Shown here piece by piece: positions 9,413-18,959 of a stretch of 64,000 bases of DNA (the first letter of the stretch is position 1; each line of letters opens with the position of its first letter). The stretch spans positions 55,151-119,150 of the forward strand of contig CADACW010000001.1 in the NCBI GenBank assembly GCA_902786565.1, read 5' to 3'. This stretch comes from an uncultured Prevotellaceae bacterium. Lineage in GTDB: Bacteria > Bacteroidota > Bacteroidia > Bacteroidales > Bacteroidaceae. A program made the position numbers and the translations under genes. The notes under the pieces are model-generated. The model saw only the letters and a program-made list of their open reading frames with translations. It was not told the origin of the DNA and did no database searches.

Positions 9413-11257
9413 CTATCTGACGACCTTCCTGCCGTTCACGATGTAGAGGCCCTTCTGGGGGTGCGTCACCCGGCGGCCCTGCAGGTCGTAGACGTAAGCA
9501 TCACTGCCAGTCGAGGCAAGCTTGTTGCCGGCAATACTTGTCGTGGTCGCGCCGGTGTACTGGCCTATGAACAGGATGACGCCCGTCGACTGCTCGCTGA
9601 TGATGTAAAGGAAAGGACGGTCGGCACGGAAGGTGACCTGCCGCGGCATGGCCCCAGTCGCCTCGCCTACGATGGTGACAGCGGCGGCCTCGGTGCCCTG
9701 CTCGTTGACTTCAATCTTGGCCACTTGCTTCATCATTTCGATGTAGATGTTCGCGCCCTGAATATCCTCTACGAGATTGGTGAAGTCGGCCTCATACGGA
9801 CTGAAGGCCGTTGGCATGCCCAGTTCCATCATAGTCGTCCTCAAATCGATGCTGGAATCGGTCTTGAAGCGGGGCAGCATCAAGTCTACGTCGCAAGTCG
9901 TGCCCCACATCTGCCAGTTCTTCCCGTCCAGGCTCCCTACCAGATCGGCCAGTGTCTTGCCTTCGCGGGGCAGGAGCACCTGCATATTGTAGGTGCGATT
10001 GCCGTATGGCAGGGTGACAGACTGGCAGAGTTCGTTCTCGGCATAGACCAACATCTCGTTCTTGCTCATCATCGGCACGAGCTCGCCGCCATTGAAGGGC
10101 GCCTCGTGCGTGTTTTCAGGCTTGAAGGGGTCGGTCCACGCGCCCTTGAAATAGATGGCGTTGAGCAGATAGCTCACGGCCAGTGGGTTGAAATCATTCT
10201 CACTGAGCACCTCCTTGATCATGCCTGCGGTGTGGTCGCTGGCCCATTTGTTGATGACGTTGCGCGTCTGTCCGTCGCGGAAGTCGCGGGCCTGCGGGTT
10301 GGCAGTATAGTACTGGCTGGCCTTTTGAGTGAACTCTGGCTTGAGCTGCCACCCCAAGCCCTCATTGACGAACATGGTGTTGGAAATGAGCACATTGGTG
10401 GTCTGGTCGTAAAGGCGGGTTCCTGCCAGTTCCTGCTTCAGTTTCTGGCAGAAGGCGTTCTGGCCGTCCACATCGCCGAAGCCCAGCACCTGGCCTATCT
10501 CCTGCTGCGTCTGCCCCGCCGCGCCATTGTTGAGCATGCCCAGTGCGTAGGTGACGCTGAGTGGCGACAGGACGAGGCTTGACTCGCCGCGTGTCTTGCG
10601 GAAGAGGTCGAAGGCGAAGTCGTTGTTCTGCTCCACCAGCTGCTTCTCCTTCTGCGTCAGCTCTATGTACTTGGGGTCAAAGAACTGGCTGGCCTCAAAC
10701 CAGATGCCGCCGCCGCTCACCCCCGCAAACGACTCGTAGTCGCAGATGCAGGGGGGTACCGTCTCCAGCTGATAGTGCACCAGCCCCTTTCCGGCCATCC
10801 CCACGCCCTCTACGCCAAGCATCCCGTTCCAGTTGTGGCGGTGTAGCAGCCGTCCGTTAATGTTGACCACATCGACGAAAGCCGCGATTTCCGGCCACGG
10901 GCCTGGGTAGTGCATACAGGTATAGTCGCAAATCATAAAGTCTTTCTTGTCGCCCTCGTAGTCGTACTGCCACACCAGCCCTTCCTCGTCCTCGCGGAAG
11001 GCACCGTAGTAGCGGTGGTTGCCATTCCAGTCGCCACGGTACATCTTCATATACTGTCTGCCGTCAATGACCGTGTCGCCCTGCAACTTGTAATAGACCA
11101 TCCATTGCGTCTCCTTGGGCGAGTCGCTCTCCTGATCTTCAAAGTGGTGATAGACATACTCCCACATCTTCCCTTGCACCAGCATGGGCTGTCGTGCACT
11201 CTCTGCGCTGGCGTTCATCGTGGCTGCCAGCAGGGCCAAAACCAATAACTTTTTCAT
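9413..11257 (-). CDS. Secreted serpin with an N-terminal extension and a T9SS-type C-terminal domain
   Basis: Signal peptide MKKLLVLALLAATMNASA. Serpin motifs NNDFAFDLF, SPLSVTYALGML, NAIYFKGAW, hinge EQGTEAAAVT and FRADRPFLYII. Tail YDLQGRRV...KGLYIVNGRKVV. Promoter match at 11392-11399. Confidence 0.9.
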   Translation of the reverse strand: MKKLLVLALLAATMNASAESARQPMLVQGKMWEYVYHHFEDQESDSPKETQWMVYYKLQGDTVIDGRQYMKMYRGDWNGNHRYYGAFREDEEGLVWQYDYEGDKKDFMICDYTCMHYPGPWPEIAAFVDVVNINGRLLHRHNWNGMLGVEGVGMAGKGLVHYQLETVPPCICDYESFAGVSGGGIWFEASQFFDPKYIELTQKEKQLVEQNNDFAFDLFRKTRGESSLVLSPLSVTYALGMLNNGAAGQTQQEIGQVLGFGDVDGQNAFCQKLKQELAGTRLYDQTTNVLISNTMFVNEGLGWQLKPEFTQKASQYYTANPQARDFRDGQTRNVINKWASDHTAGMIKEVLSENDFNPLAVSYLLNAIYFKGAWTDPFKPENTHEAPFNGGELVPMMSKNEMLVYAENELCQSVTLPYGNRTYNMQVLLPREGKTLADLVGSLDGKNWQMWGTTCDVDLMLPRFKTDSSIDLRTTMMELGMPTAFSPYEADFTNLVEDIQGANIYIEMMKQVAKIEVNEQGTEAAAVTIVGEATGAMPRQVTFRADRPFLYIISEQSTGVILFIGQYTGATTTSIAGNKLASTGSDAYVYDLQGRRVTHPQKGLYIVNGRKVVR

Positions 11258-11530
11258 AGCATTTATCCGTTTAGTTGTTTTCAAGTTCTTCTATTCTTAT
11301 GAATACCAAAGCAGTCAAAATACTGCATCACAACCCCAATGTTTAACATATTTTAAATATGGTCACATAAAGACATAAGTCCTCTGAACTGCAAAATTAC
11401 AAATTTTCCTGCACATTTTGACCTCTGATGAACAAATTTTCACGCCAAACACAGAAATTCTTTTCAAATTCTGCCGTTAAGTCGTGAAGACAGGTCCGGC
11501 CAAACTTGACAGGCCTTCCAGCCTAAGCTG

Positions 11531-11551
11531 GAGATAAGTGCCACTTATCTC
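11531..11551. repeat. Single copy of the 21-bp palindrome GAGATAAGTG-C-CACTTATCTC
   Basis: Identical to the first unit of the arrays at 24554 and, inverted, at 55896-55916. Confidence 0.9.
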
Positions 11552-11739
11552 GCAAATTCTCGAGAGAATTTAAGAGTTTGGACGGTTCTTTCTCAGCGTA
11601 TGGTCGGAGGTGTTGTCAAGTTTGCACGGCCCTTCCTCAGAGAAACCCCCGGCGTGTTTATGAAAGAAATGGCGAAGGAGCCGAATTGGGTCGGCGGAAA
11701 AAAAAGGATGAAAAGTTTCCTCATTTCGGCAAAAATGCT

Positions 11740-11747
11740 TACCTTTG
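11740..11747 (+). promoter_or_regulatory. -7 promoter element for rnpB
   Basis: TACCTTTG ends 7 nt before the P1 helix start at 11754. Confidence 0.8.
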
Positions 11748-11753
11748 CAGACT

Positions 11754-12165
11754 GGAAAGCACTGCCACGGTCTGCCGCTGGCCCCGCTCCGTGCATGAAT
11801 TCTTATGCCTACGGGGAGGGGCGGGAGGAAAGTCCGGGCAGCAGAGGGCGCTCCACTTCCGAAAATAGAAGCAGTTGGCGACAGCTGGATATGGGAGAAG
11901 AGAACGACCGCCCGGCCAGTCCGGGTAAGGGTGAGAAGGTGGTGTAAGAGACCACCAGCCGGCGGGTGATCGTCGGGCTGTTCCATCTGGAGGCTGCAAG
12001 TTCATGTAAACCATCGCCATGCAAGGGTTGCCCGCCCGATTCCGCCCCGGCGGTTGCGATGGAGGGTAGAACGCTGGAGACGTGCGGCGACGCACGTAGT
12101 AGATAAATGGCAGACACTGGCAGCAATGCCAGCACAGAACCCGGCTTACAGGGGCAGTGCTTTCC
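11754..12165 (+). ncRNA. rnpB: RNase P RNA (type A)
   Basis: Universal GAGGAAAGTCC at 11825-11835 and ACAGAACCCGGCTTA at 12134-12148. Closing helix GGAAAGCACTGCC / GGCAGTGCTTTCC, followed by a T-tract. Confidence 0.97.
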
Positions 12166-12196
12166 TTTTTTTAAATTGATATTTGAGGATTGAAGA

Positions 12197-13525
12197 TTGA
12201 AGGTTAAGGAGCTGAAAGAGTTTTTCCAGGTGGGCATCTGGCGGGTGGACGACGACGAGCTGCCGCCCGTGCGCCGACTGCTGTATGCCGTTGTGAAGAC
12301 GGCCTATCTGGCCATTCGCTTCTTCACCACCAAGCGGGTGCTGACGCAGGCCTCGGCCCTGACCTACAGCACACTGCTGGCCATCGTGCCCATCCTGGCC
12401 GTGGTGTTTGCCATTGCCCGCGGCTTCGGCTATAATAAATATATAGAGGTATGGTTTCGCGACGCCTTCTCGTCGCAGCCCCAGGTGGCCGAGGTGATGA
12501 TTGGCTTCGTCAACAGCTATCTGGTCCACACGCGGAGCGGCATCTTCCTGGGCGTGGGCCTGGTGTTCATGCTCTACACGGTGCTGATGCTGGTGAACAA
12601 TATCGAGCTGACCTTCAACGAGATATGGCAGGTGAAGAAGAAGCGCAGCATCTTCCGCACCATCACCGACTATCTGGCCATGTTCTTCCTCTTCCCCATC
12701 CTGATAGTCGTCTCGTCGGGCATCAGCCTGTTTCTGGCCACGGTGGCCAAGTCGCTGCCCGACTTTCTGCTGCTGGGGCCGGCAGTGAGGAAGCTCATCG
12801 ACCTGTCGCCCTACGTGCTCATGTCGCTGCTCTTCATCGGCCTCTACGTCTTCATGCCCAACACCCATGTGCGGGTGCGCAACGCCATCGTGCCGGGCAT
12901 CCTGTCGGGCATCGCCATGCAGCTGCTGCAGTTTGTCTACATCCACTCGCAGATATGGGTGACGGGCTACAACGCCATCTACGGCTCGTTTGCAGCCCTG
13001 CCGCTGTTCATGCTGTGGCTGCAGCTGTCGTGGACCATCTGCCTCTTCGGTGCCGAGCTGACCTACACGTCGCAAAACCTTGACTACTACGACTATAACG
13101 CCACAACCGACGACATCAGCCACCGCTACCAGCTGATGATCAGCGCCCTGCTGATGTCGCGCATCTGCCGCCGGTTTGCCGACGGGCGCAAGGCGCCCAC
13201 CGCCGACGACCTGCGACAGGAGACGGGCGTGCCCATCCGCATAGTCAACGACCTGCTCTTCCGGCTGATGGAGGCCCGCATGCTCATTGAGGTGTCGCCC
13301 GACGAGAAGGGCGACGCATCGACCTTCGTGCCAGCTGAAAGTTTGGACAACCTGAACGTGGGCGTAATGATTGACCGCCTGGAGGCGCAGGGCCGCTGGC
13401 AGCTGGAGCTGCCCGTGGCCGGACTGATGACCGCCGAATGGGCCAAGGCCATACAGCTGCGCTCGGACTTCCTGCGGCAGTTGCGAGCCATCCGGCTGGA
13501 GCAACTACAGAGAATTGAAAATTGA
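12197..13525 (+). CDS. YihY/virulence factor BrkB family membrane protein
   Basis: ASALTYSTLLAIVP, FNEIWQVK, YNAIYGSFAALPLFMLWLQLSWTICLFGAE. The TTG start is uncertain. Confidence 0.9.
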   Translation: MKVKELKEFFQVGIWRVDDDELPPVRRLLYAVVKTAYLAIRFFTTKRVLTQASALTYSTLLAIVPILAVVFAIARGFGYNKYIEVWFRDAFSSQPQVAEVMIGFVNSYLVHTRSGIFLGVGLVFMLYTVLMLVNNIELTFNEIWQVKKKRSIFRTITDYLAMFFLFPILIVVSSGISLFLATVAKSLPDFLLLGPAVRKLIDLSPYVLMSLLFIGLYVFMPNTHVRVRNAIVPGILSGIAMQLLQFVYIHSQIWVTGYNAIYGSFAALPLFMLWLQLSWTICLFGAELTYTSQNLDYYDYNATTDDISHRYQLMISALLMSRICRRFADGRKAPTADDLRQETGVPIRIVNDLLFRLMEARMLIEVSPDEKGDASTFVPAESLDNLNVGVMIDRLEAQGRWQLELPVAGLMTAEWAKAIQLRSDFLRQLRAIRLEQLQRIEN

Positions 13526-13591
13526 AAATTGAAAATTGAAAATCGAAAATCGAAAATTGAAAATTGAAAATTGAGAATTGAAAATTGAAAA
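13510..13591 (+). repeat. Heptamer tandem repeat (GA[A/G]AAT[T/C]) x11.7
   Basis: Counted directly: 11 full units at 13510-13586 plus a partial unit. It spans the yihY stop codon and the translation-initiation region of the next gene. Confidence 0.95.
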
Positions 13592-13595
13592 AGAT

Positions 13596-14606
13596 ATGAA
13601 ACTACTGAGACTGATGGCGGCAATGGCCGTCGTGCTGCTGTGCACAGCGGCTACTACCGAGAAGACTACAACCATCTTCATCATCGGCGACTCTACGGCT
13701 GCCAACAAAGACATTTCCAACGGCAAGCAGGAGCGCGGATGGGGCATGGCGCTGCAATGCTACTTCGACGACAACATCCGCGTGGACAACCATGCCGTGA
13801 ACGGTCGCTCGTCGCTGAGTTTCATCAACGAGGGCCGGTGGGACAAGGTGCTGGAGCGCCTGCGCCCCGGCGACTACGTCATCATACAGTTTGGCCACAA
13901 CGACGAGAAGCCCAAGGCCGACCGGCACACCGACCCCGGCTCGACCTTCGACTACAACCTGGCAAAATATGTGCGCGAGACCCGCGAAAAGGGCGGCATA
14001 CCGGTGCTGATGAACTGTGTGGTGCGCCGCAACTTCTTCGTCAGAGCCCCTGAGAACGATGACGACGAGAAGCTGCGCACCACGACCTTCAAGGACGGTG
14101 TGAAGATGGTGGAGGGCGACTCACTCATCGACACCCACGGACTCTACCGGGTGGCTCCCCGCGACGTGGCCCGCCGCATGAACGTCCATTTCATCGACGC
14201 CAACCAGATAACCCACGACCTGGAGCAGGGCCTGGGCACCGAGGCGTCGAAGGGTCTGCACATGTGGTTCCTGCCCGGCCAGGAGCCCAGCGTGCCCGAC
14301 GGCCGCCAGGACAACACCCACTACAATGTCTATGGTGCCCACGTGGTGGCACGGCTGCTGGCCGACGCTCTCTGCAACGAGATTCCTGTGCTGCGCAAAT
14401 ACCGCACCGAGGCCGATTTCACCGTAGACCGTCAGGGGCGCGGCGACTATATGGACCTGCAGCAGGCCGTAGATGCCGCCCTGTTGCGCTCCAACGCCGA
14501 AACCACCATCCAGATTCTGGGCGGACAGTGGACAAAGCCCCAGCTGCCCAAGAAGAGCCGCATCAAGTTCGTCTTGCGCGAAGGGGCGACTTTTGTTCAG
14601 AGATAA
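13596..14606 (+). CDS. Rhamnogalacturonan/pectin acetylesterase (SGNH, CE12-like) with a short pectinesterase-like C-terminal stub
   Basis: Signal peptide, then SGNH blocks IGDST, NHAVNGRSS, QFGHND and DNTHY. Tail VDRQGRGDYMDLQQAVDAA resembles a CE8 N-terminus. Confidence 0.85.
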   Translation: MKLLRLMAAMAVVLLCTAATTEKTTTIFIIGDSTAANKDISNGKQERGWGMALQCYFDDNIRVDNHAVNGRSSLSFINEGRWDKVLERLRPGDYVIIQFGHNDEKPKADRHTDPGSTFDYNLAKYVRETREKGGIPVLMNCVVRRNFFVRAPENDDDEKLRTTTFKDGVKMVEGDSLIDTHGLYRVAPRDVARRMNVHFIDANQITHDLEQGLGTEASKGLHMWFLPGQEPSVPDGRQDNTHYNVYGAHVVARLLADALCNEIPVLRKYRTEADFTVDRQGRGDYMDLQQAVDAALLRSNAETTIQILGGQWTKPQLPKKSRIKFVLREGATFVQR

Positions 14607-14610
14607 AAAC

Positions 14611-15924
14611 ATGAAAGGTGGTTTGTTGGCTTTGTCACCTTTGTTGGTGTTTGTCGTCCTCTATTTGCTGACCAGCATAGTGGCGGGCGACTTCTACCGG
14701 GTGCCCATCACGGTGGCGTTTCTGGCCGCCTCGGTCTATGCCATCGTGCTGCCCCTGCTGCCGGCTCTGCTGCCGGGACGGAAGCGCACGCGCTGGACTG
14801 CCCTGCGCCAACGGCTCGACGTGTTCAGCCGTGGGGCTGGCAACCTACAGATGATGCTGATGGTGTGGATATTCGTGCTGGCCGGCGCCTTCGCCAACAC
14901 TGCCCGCGCCATGGGCAGCGTCGACGCCACGGTCAGCCTCACGCTGGCCGTCATCCCGCCACAGATGCTGCTGGCGGGCCTCTTTGCCGCCGCCTGCTTC
15001 ATATCGCTCAGCATCGGCACATCGGTGGGCACCATCGTGGCACTCACCCCGATAGCCGCCGGCGTGGCCCAGCAGACGGGCGCCGAGGCGGCACTGGTGG
15101 CCGCCGTGGTGGTGGGCGGCTCGTTCTTCGGCGACAACCTCTCGTTCATCAGCGACACCACCATCATTGCCACGCAGACGCAGGGCTGCCGTCAGAGCGA
15201 CAAGTTCCGCGTCAACTCGTTCATCGTCATTCCCGCCGCCGTCATCATCCTGCTGGTCTATGTGTGGATGGGGCGTGGCATCAGCGTGCCCACCGACACC
15301 GGCCAGGTGCAGTTCTGGCTCGTGCTGCCCTATCTGGCCGTGCTCGCCACCGCCATCCTGGGCCTCCACGTGATGGGCGTGCTCACGCTGGGCATTGTGC
15401 TGACGGGCATCGTGGGCCTCTCCACCGGTGCCTTCGCCGACGTGTTCGCATGGATGCAGGCCATGGGCGACGGCATCGTCTCGATGGGCGAGCTCATCAT
15501 CATCACCATGATGGCCGGCGGACTGCTGGAGACGGTCAAGGAGCAGGGCGGCATCGACTTCATCATCACCCGCCTGACGCGCCATCTGCACGGCAAGCGC
15601 GGGGCCGAACTGGCCATCGGCATGCTGGTGGCCGTGGTCAACCTCTGCACTGCCAACAACACCGTGGCCATCATCACCGTGGGCGGCATTGCCCGGCAGA
15701 TAGGCGAGCGGTTCCAGCTGGACCCGCGCAAGTGCGCCTCGCTGCTCGACACATTCTCATGCACCGTGCAGGGGCTCATCCCCTACGGCGCACAGGTGCT
15801 GATGGCAGCCGGACTGGCGCAGCTCAACCCCGTGAGCATTGTGCCCTGGCTCTTCTACCCCTGGGCCATCGGCATCGCCGCCACCCTGGCCATCCTGCTG
15901 CGCTATCCACGCCGTTATTCATAA
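14611..15924 (+). CDS. NhaC-family Na+/H+ antiporter-like transporter
   Basis: FISLSIGTSVGTI, GGSFFGDNLSFISDTTI and LLDTFSC. ATG at 14611, 4 bp after the upstream stop. Confidence 0.85.
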   Translation: MKGGLLALSPLLVFVVLYLLTSIVAGDFYRVPITVAFLAASVYAIVLPLLPALLPGRKRTRWTALRQRLDVFSRGAGNLQMMLMVWIFVLAGAFANTARAMGSVDATVSLTLAVIPPQMLLAGLFAAACFISLSIGTSVGTIVALTPIAAGVAQQTGAEAALVAAVVVGGSFFGDNLSFISDTTIIATQTQGCRQSDKFRVNSFIVIPAAVIILLVYVWMGRGISVPTDTGQVQFWLVLPYLAVLATAILGLHVMGVLTLGIVLTGIVGLSTGAFADVFAWMQAMGDGIVSMGELIIITMMAGGLLETVKEQGGIDFIITRLTRHLHGKRGAELAIGMLVAVVNLCTANNTVAIITVGGIARQIGERFQLDPRKCASLLDTFSCTVQGLIPYGAQVLMAAGLAQLNPVSIVPWLFYPWAIGIAATLAILLRYPRRYS

Positions 15925-15936
15925 ACCTCCAAAGCA

Positions 15937-16755
15937 ATGAATATCATCACTCGCAATCTCTTCCGCCTGCTGCGTGCAGGGGTGTTCCACCGGCAGGAGC
16001 AGGTGGAGCCAATGTCGGCATGGAAATGGGACAAGGCGCTCGAGCTGGCCCTGCTGCACGGCGTGGAGGCCGAGACGTGGGAGGGCGTGAAATTGACGGA
16101 AAGCCAGCCTACGATGCACCTGACCGACCATCTGCACCGGCAGTGGGAGCAGAGCGCACACGACACTCACCACCAGGCTGCCGAAAACCGGCACATTGCC
16201 AACCCCCTGCTGGCCCGCAAACTGAAAAAGATGGAAGAGGAAGCGGCCACCACGCCCACCTACGCCCTGCTGCACCAGATGGTCGACGTGGCCCTCTGCC
16301 TCCTGTCGGCCGACCGCTGGGTACGCCCCCTGCTGGCTCTCGGTCTGATGCTTGAGGACGGCAGTCGCATAGACCGCGACCAGCTGCTGGCATGGACGGC
16401 ACAGCTCCGTCTTCAGCGCATGCTCCAGTTGGAGGGTGCCCTGCTGGTGGCCCTGCTCGGCATCGACGAGCAGCGGCTGCCCTTCGACCTGACCACCACC
16501 CTACCCCGCCGCGAGCGTATGGTGGAAGAAGTGGCGGCAACTATCTCCGCCACACGACACCAGTGGCAGTTCTACACAGAAGAAAGCGATGCCGCAGGCA
16601 ATGTGCAGCATCGCATCTTCGTCCATAACAGTAATGCTTCGGCCATGTTCTGGCAGGCCCGCCACTCCGCCCGCTACATGAAGTATTACCCCTCAGAGAG
16701 CATGGCCACCTTCTTCACCTCACTGGCCCAGTCGCTGACCAACATCGAGGAGTAA
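15937..16755 (+). CDS. Hypothetical protein, possibly a degenerate nucleotidyltransferase-family protein
   Basis: Clean ORF with host-like codon use. The N-terminus LFRLLRAG...WDKALELALLHGV recalls NTP_transf_5 proteins, but no GDID core is visible. Confidence 0.55.
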   Translation: MNIITRNLFRLLRAGVFHRQEQVEPMSAWKWDKALELALLHGVEAETWEGVKLTESQPTMHLTDHLHRQWEQSAHDTHHQAAENRHIANPLLARKLKKMEEEAATTPTYALLHQMVDVALCLLSADRWVRPLLALGLMLEDGSRIDRDQLLAWTAQLRLQRMLQLEGALLVALLGIDEQRLPFDLTTTLPRRERMVEEVAATISATRHQWQFYTEESDAAGNVQHRIFVHNSNASAMFWQARHSARYMKYYPSESMATFFTSLAQSLTNIEE

Positions 16756-16788
16756 GCACTGCTTAGTCCCCCCGATGATGCAGCGAAA

Positions 16789-17061
16789 CTACTTGTCATC
16801 GTAATGGCCGTAGGCCATAAGCACAAGAACCACTACCTCTGAGTCGTGAATCTCATAGACCAGCCGGTGTTTGTCTGTAATCTTGCGTCGCCACTGGCCT
16901 GCCCTATCGCCTGAGAGTTGCTTGGGCTTGCCTGTGCCTGTTTTTGGATGGTCCATCAGTTCACCTACAAGTTTGACCAGTTTCTTGTGGGCAGCAGGCT
17001 CGTCACGGCGAAGTCGCGCAATGTCTTCTTCCGCCTGTTTTGTGAAAGAAATATCATACAT
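16789..17061 (-). CDS. yoeB: Txe/YoeB family toxin
   Basis: GTGKPKQLSGDRAGQWRRKITDKHRLVYEI...GHYDDK matches the YoeB GxGKPExL...WSRRIxxxHRLVY...HY pattern. Confidence 0.9.
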   Translation of the reverse strand: MYDISFTKQAEEDIARLRRDEPAAHKKLVKLVGELMDHPKTGTGKPKQLSGDRAGQWRRKITDKHRLVYEIHDSEVVVLVLMAYGHYDDK

Positions 17062-17063
17062 AA

Positions 17064-17318
17064 TCAGAGCGAGTTAAGCCATCTGTTCATCTTATCTTTG
17101 TCAGAGAAACGGGTGTATTCACCTTGCTCATACTGCTTTTTCGATTCGTCTATGCGACGAAAGAATTCTTCCTTACTCATCAGTGTAGCGTCTTCTTTCT
17201 CTTTCACCAGCTTCTTGGCAAATCGGGTCAGCCGCTTCATCAGCGACTCATTGTCGGCTATGGCGCCAATGCTCTGCCAAAGCTCAGTGTTCATTGCGTT
17301 GAGTTGTAGTGCAGTCAT
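17064..17318 (-). CDS. Putative antitoxin of YoeB (not a canonical YefM)
   Basis: 84-aa ORF 2 bp upstream of the toxin. Its C-terminus EEFFRRIDESKKQYEQGEY is typical of RelE/YoeB-neutralising tails. Confidence 0.7.
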   Translation of the reverse strand: MTALQLNAMNTELWQSIGAIADNESLMKRLTRFAKKLVKEKEDATLMSKEEFFRRIDESKKQYEQGEYTRFSDKDKMNRWLNSL

Positions 17319-17341
17319 AATTACAATGTTTTTAAAGTGAT

Positions 17342-18817
17342 TTAGTAGCTGCGGGCAATGATGACGCGGTACTTGGCGGGCTTGCCGCTGACCATGTCAA
17401 CACCGGGGGTCTGCTCGTAGGCGAAGGGCACGCAGCGGATGGTGGCTTGCGTCTCCTCCTTGATCTGAGCCTCGGTCTCGGCAGTGCCGTCCCAGTGGCA
17501 GAGGAAGAAGCCTCCGTCCTTGACGCGCTCCTTGAACTCCTCGTAGTTGTCGCACTCGTAGACGTGCTCGTCGCGATACTTGCGGGCCTTCTCGAAGATG
17601 TTCTGCTGGATGTCGTCGAGCAGTTTCTCCACATGGTCCACAATGCCCTCCAAGGGGAGTGTCTCCTTCTCCAGGGTGTCGCGGCGCATCAGCTCGATGG
17701 TGCCGTTCTCCAGGTCGCGGGCACCGAGGACGAGGCGCACGGGCACACCCTTCAGCTCGTAGTCGGCAAACTTGAAGCCCGGCCGCTTGTTGTCGGCATC
17801 GTCGAACTTCACGCTGATGCCCTTCTTGCGCAGGCCCTCGATGATGGGAGCCACCTCGCGGTTGACAATCTCAATCTGCTCCGGCTTGTTGGCAATGGGG
17901 ATGATGACCACCTGTATGGGGGCGAGACGCGGGGGCAGCACCAGTCCGTTGTCGTCGCTGTGGGTCATGATCAGGGCACCAATCAGACGTGTGGACACGC
18001 CCCAGCTGGTGGCCCAGACATACTCCGGCTTGTTCTCCTTGTTAAGATAGGTGACGTCGAAAGCCTTGGCAAAATTCTGTCCGAGGAAGTGGCTGGTGCC
18101 GCTCTGCAGTGCCTTGCCGTCCTGCATCATGGCCTCGATGGTGTAGGTGTCGAGAGCACCGGCAAAGCGCTCGGTCTCGCTCTTCACGCCCTGCAACACG
18201 GGCACGGCCATCCAGTTCTCGGCAAAGTCGGCATAGACCTTCAGCATCTTCTGTGCCTCCTGCTCGGCCTCCTCGCGGGTGGCATGGGCGGTGTGTCCCT
18301 CCTGCCAGAGAAATTCGCTGGTGCGCAGGAAGGGGCGCGTGCGCATCTCCCAGCGCATCACGTTGCACCACTGGTTGCACATCAGGGGCAGGTCGCGCCA
18401 GGAGTGAATCCAGTTCTTATAGGTGTTCCAGATGATGGTCTCGCTGGTGGGGCGGATGATGAGCTCCTCCTCCAACTTGGCGGCAGGGTCTACCACCACG
18501 CCGCCGTCGGCAGCCTTCAGCCGGTAGTGGGTCACCACAGCACACTCCTTGGCAAAGCCCTCAACGTGCTCGGCCTCCCTTGAGAGAAACGACTTGGGGA
18601 TGAGCAGGGGAAAATAGGCATTCTGCGCGCCCGTCTCCTTGAACATGCGGTCCAGCTCGTGCTGCATCTTCTCCCAGATGGCATAGCCGTAGGGCTTGAT
18701 GACCATGCAACCACGCACGGCCGACTGCTCGGCCAGGTCGGCCTTGACCACCAGGTCGTTGTACCACTGACTGTAATTGTCAGCTCTCTTTGTCAAATCT
18801 TTCAGTTCTTTTGCCAT
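17342..18817 (-). CDS. proS: Prolyl-tRNA synthetase (eukaryote/archaea-like ProRS type)
   Basis: [55 protein letters not shown]-terminal IIARSY. Promoter match CAAAGGTA at 18859-18866. Confidence 0.97.
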   Translation of the reverse strand: MAKELKDLTKRADNYSQWYNDLVVKADLAEQSAVRGCMVIKPYGYAIWEKMQHELDRMFKETGAQNAYFPLLIPKSFLSREAEHVEGFAKECAVVTHYRLKAADGGVVVDPAAKLEEELIIRPTSETIIWNTYKNWIHSWRDLPLMCNQWCNVMRWEMRTRPFLRTSEFLWQEGHTAHATREEAEQEAQKMLKVYADFAENWMAVPVLQGVKSETERFAGALDTYTIEAMMQDGKALQSGTSHFLGQNFAKAFDVTYLNKENKPEYVWATSWGVSTRLIGALIMTHSDDNGLVLPPRLAPIQVVIIPIANKPEQIEIVNREVAPIIEGLRKKGISVKFDDADNKRPGFKFADYELKGVPVRLVLGARDLENGTIELMRRDTLEKETLPLEGIVDHVEKLLDDIQQNIFEKARKYRDEHVYECDNYEEFKERVKDGGFFLCHWDGTAETEAQIKEETQATIRCVPFAYEQTPGVDMVSGKPAKYRVIIARSY

Positions 18818-18959
18818 TGTAATTAACAATTTTTATTGTTCTTAATCCAAATTTGGTGCAAAGGTACAAAATAAATCATAATTCATTATTCATTATTCGC
18901 AATTATTTTGTAACTTTGCAGCGATTTTAAAACGTTTAACCAATTTAAAAACTGAAATC

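Noticed and set aside
8762-10582. 606-aa + strand ORF and many other long antisense ORFs (e.g. 12146-13504, 41442-42758, 52323-54050, 56426-58384, 59788-61110)
   Set aside because: Shadow frames of GC3-rich genes that have clear family motifs on the opposite strand. They show no motifs of their own.
11570-12237. Short ORFs overlapping 11570-12237
   Set aside because: They overlap the RNase P RNA and its promoter.
13126-13747. Minus-strand ORFs with FQFSIFNFQFSI repeats
   Set aside because: These are translations of the intergenic heptamer run, not genes.
14473-14610. Longer N-terminus for the NhaC ORF
   Set aside because: It overlaps the esterase gene. The ATG at 14611, with an A-rich upstream context, is the plausible start.
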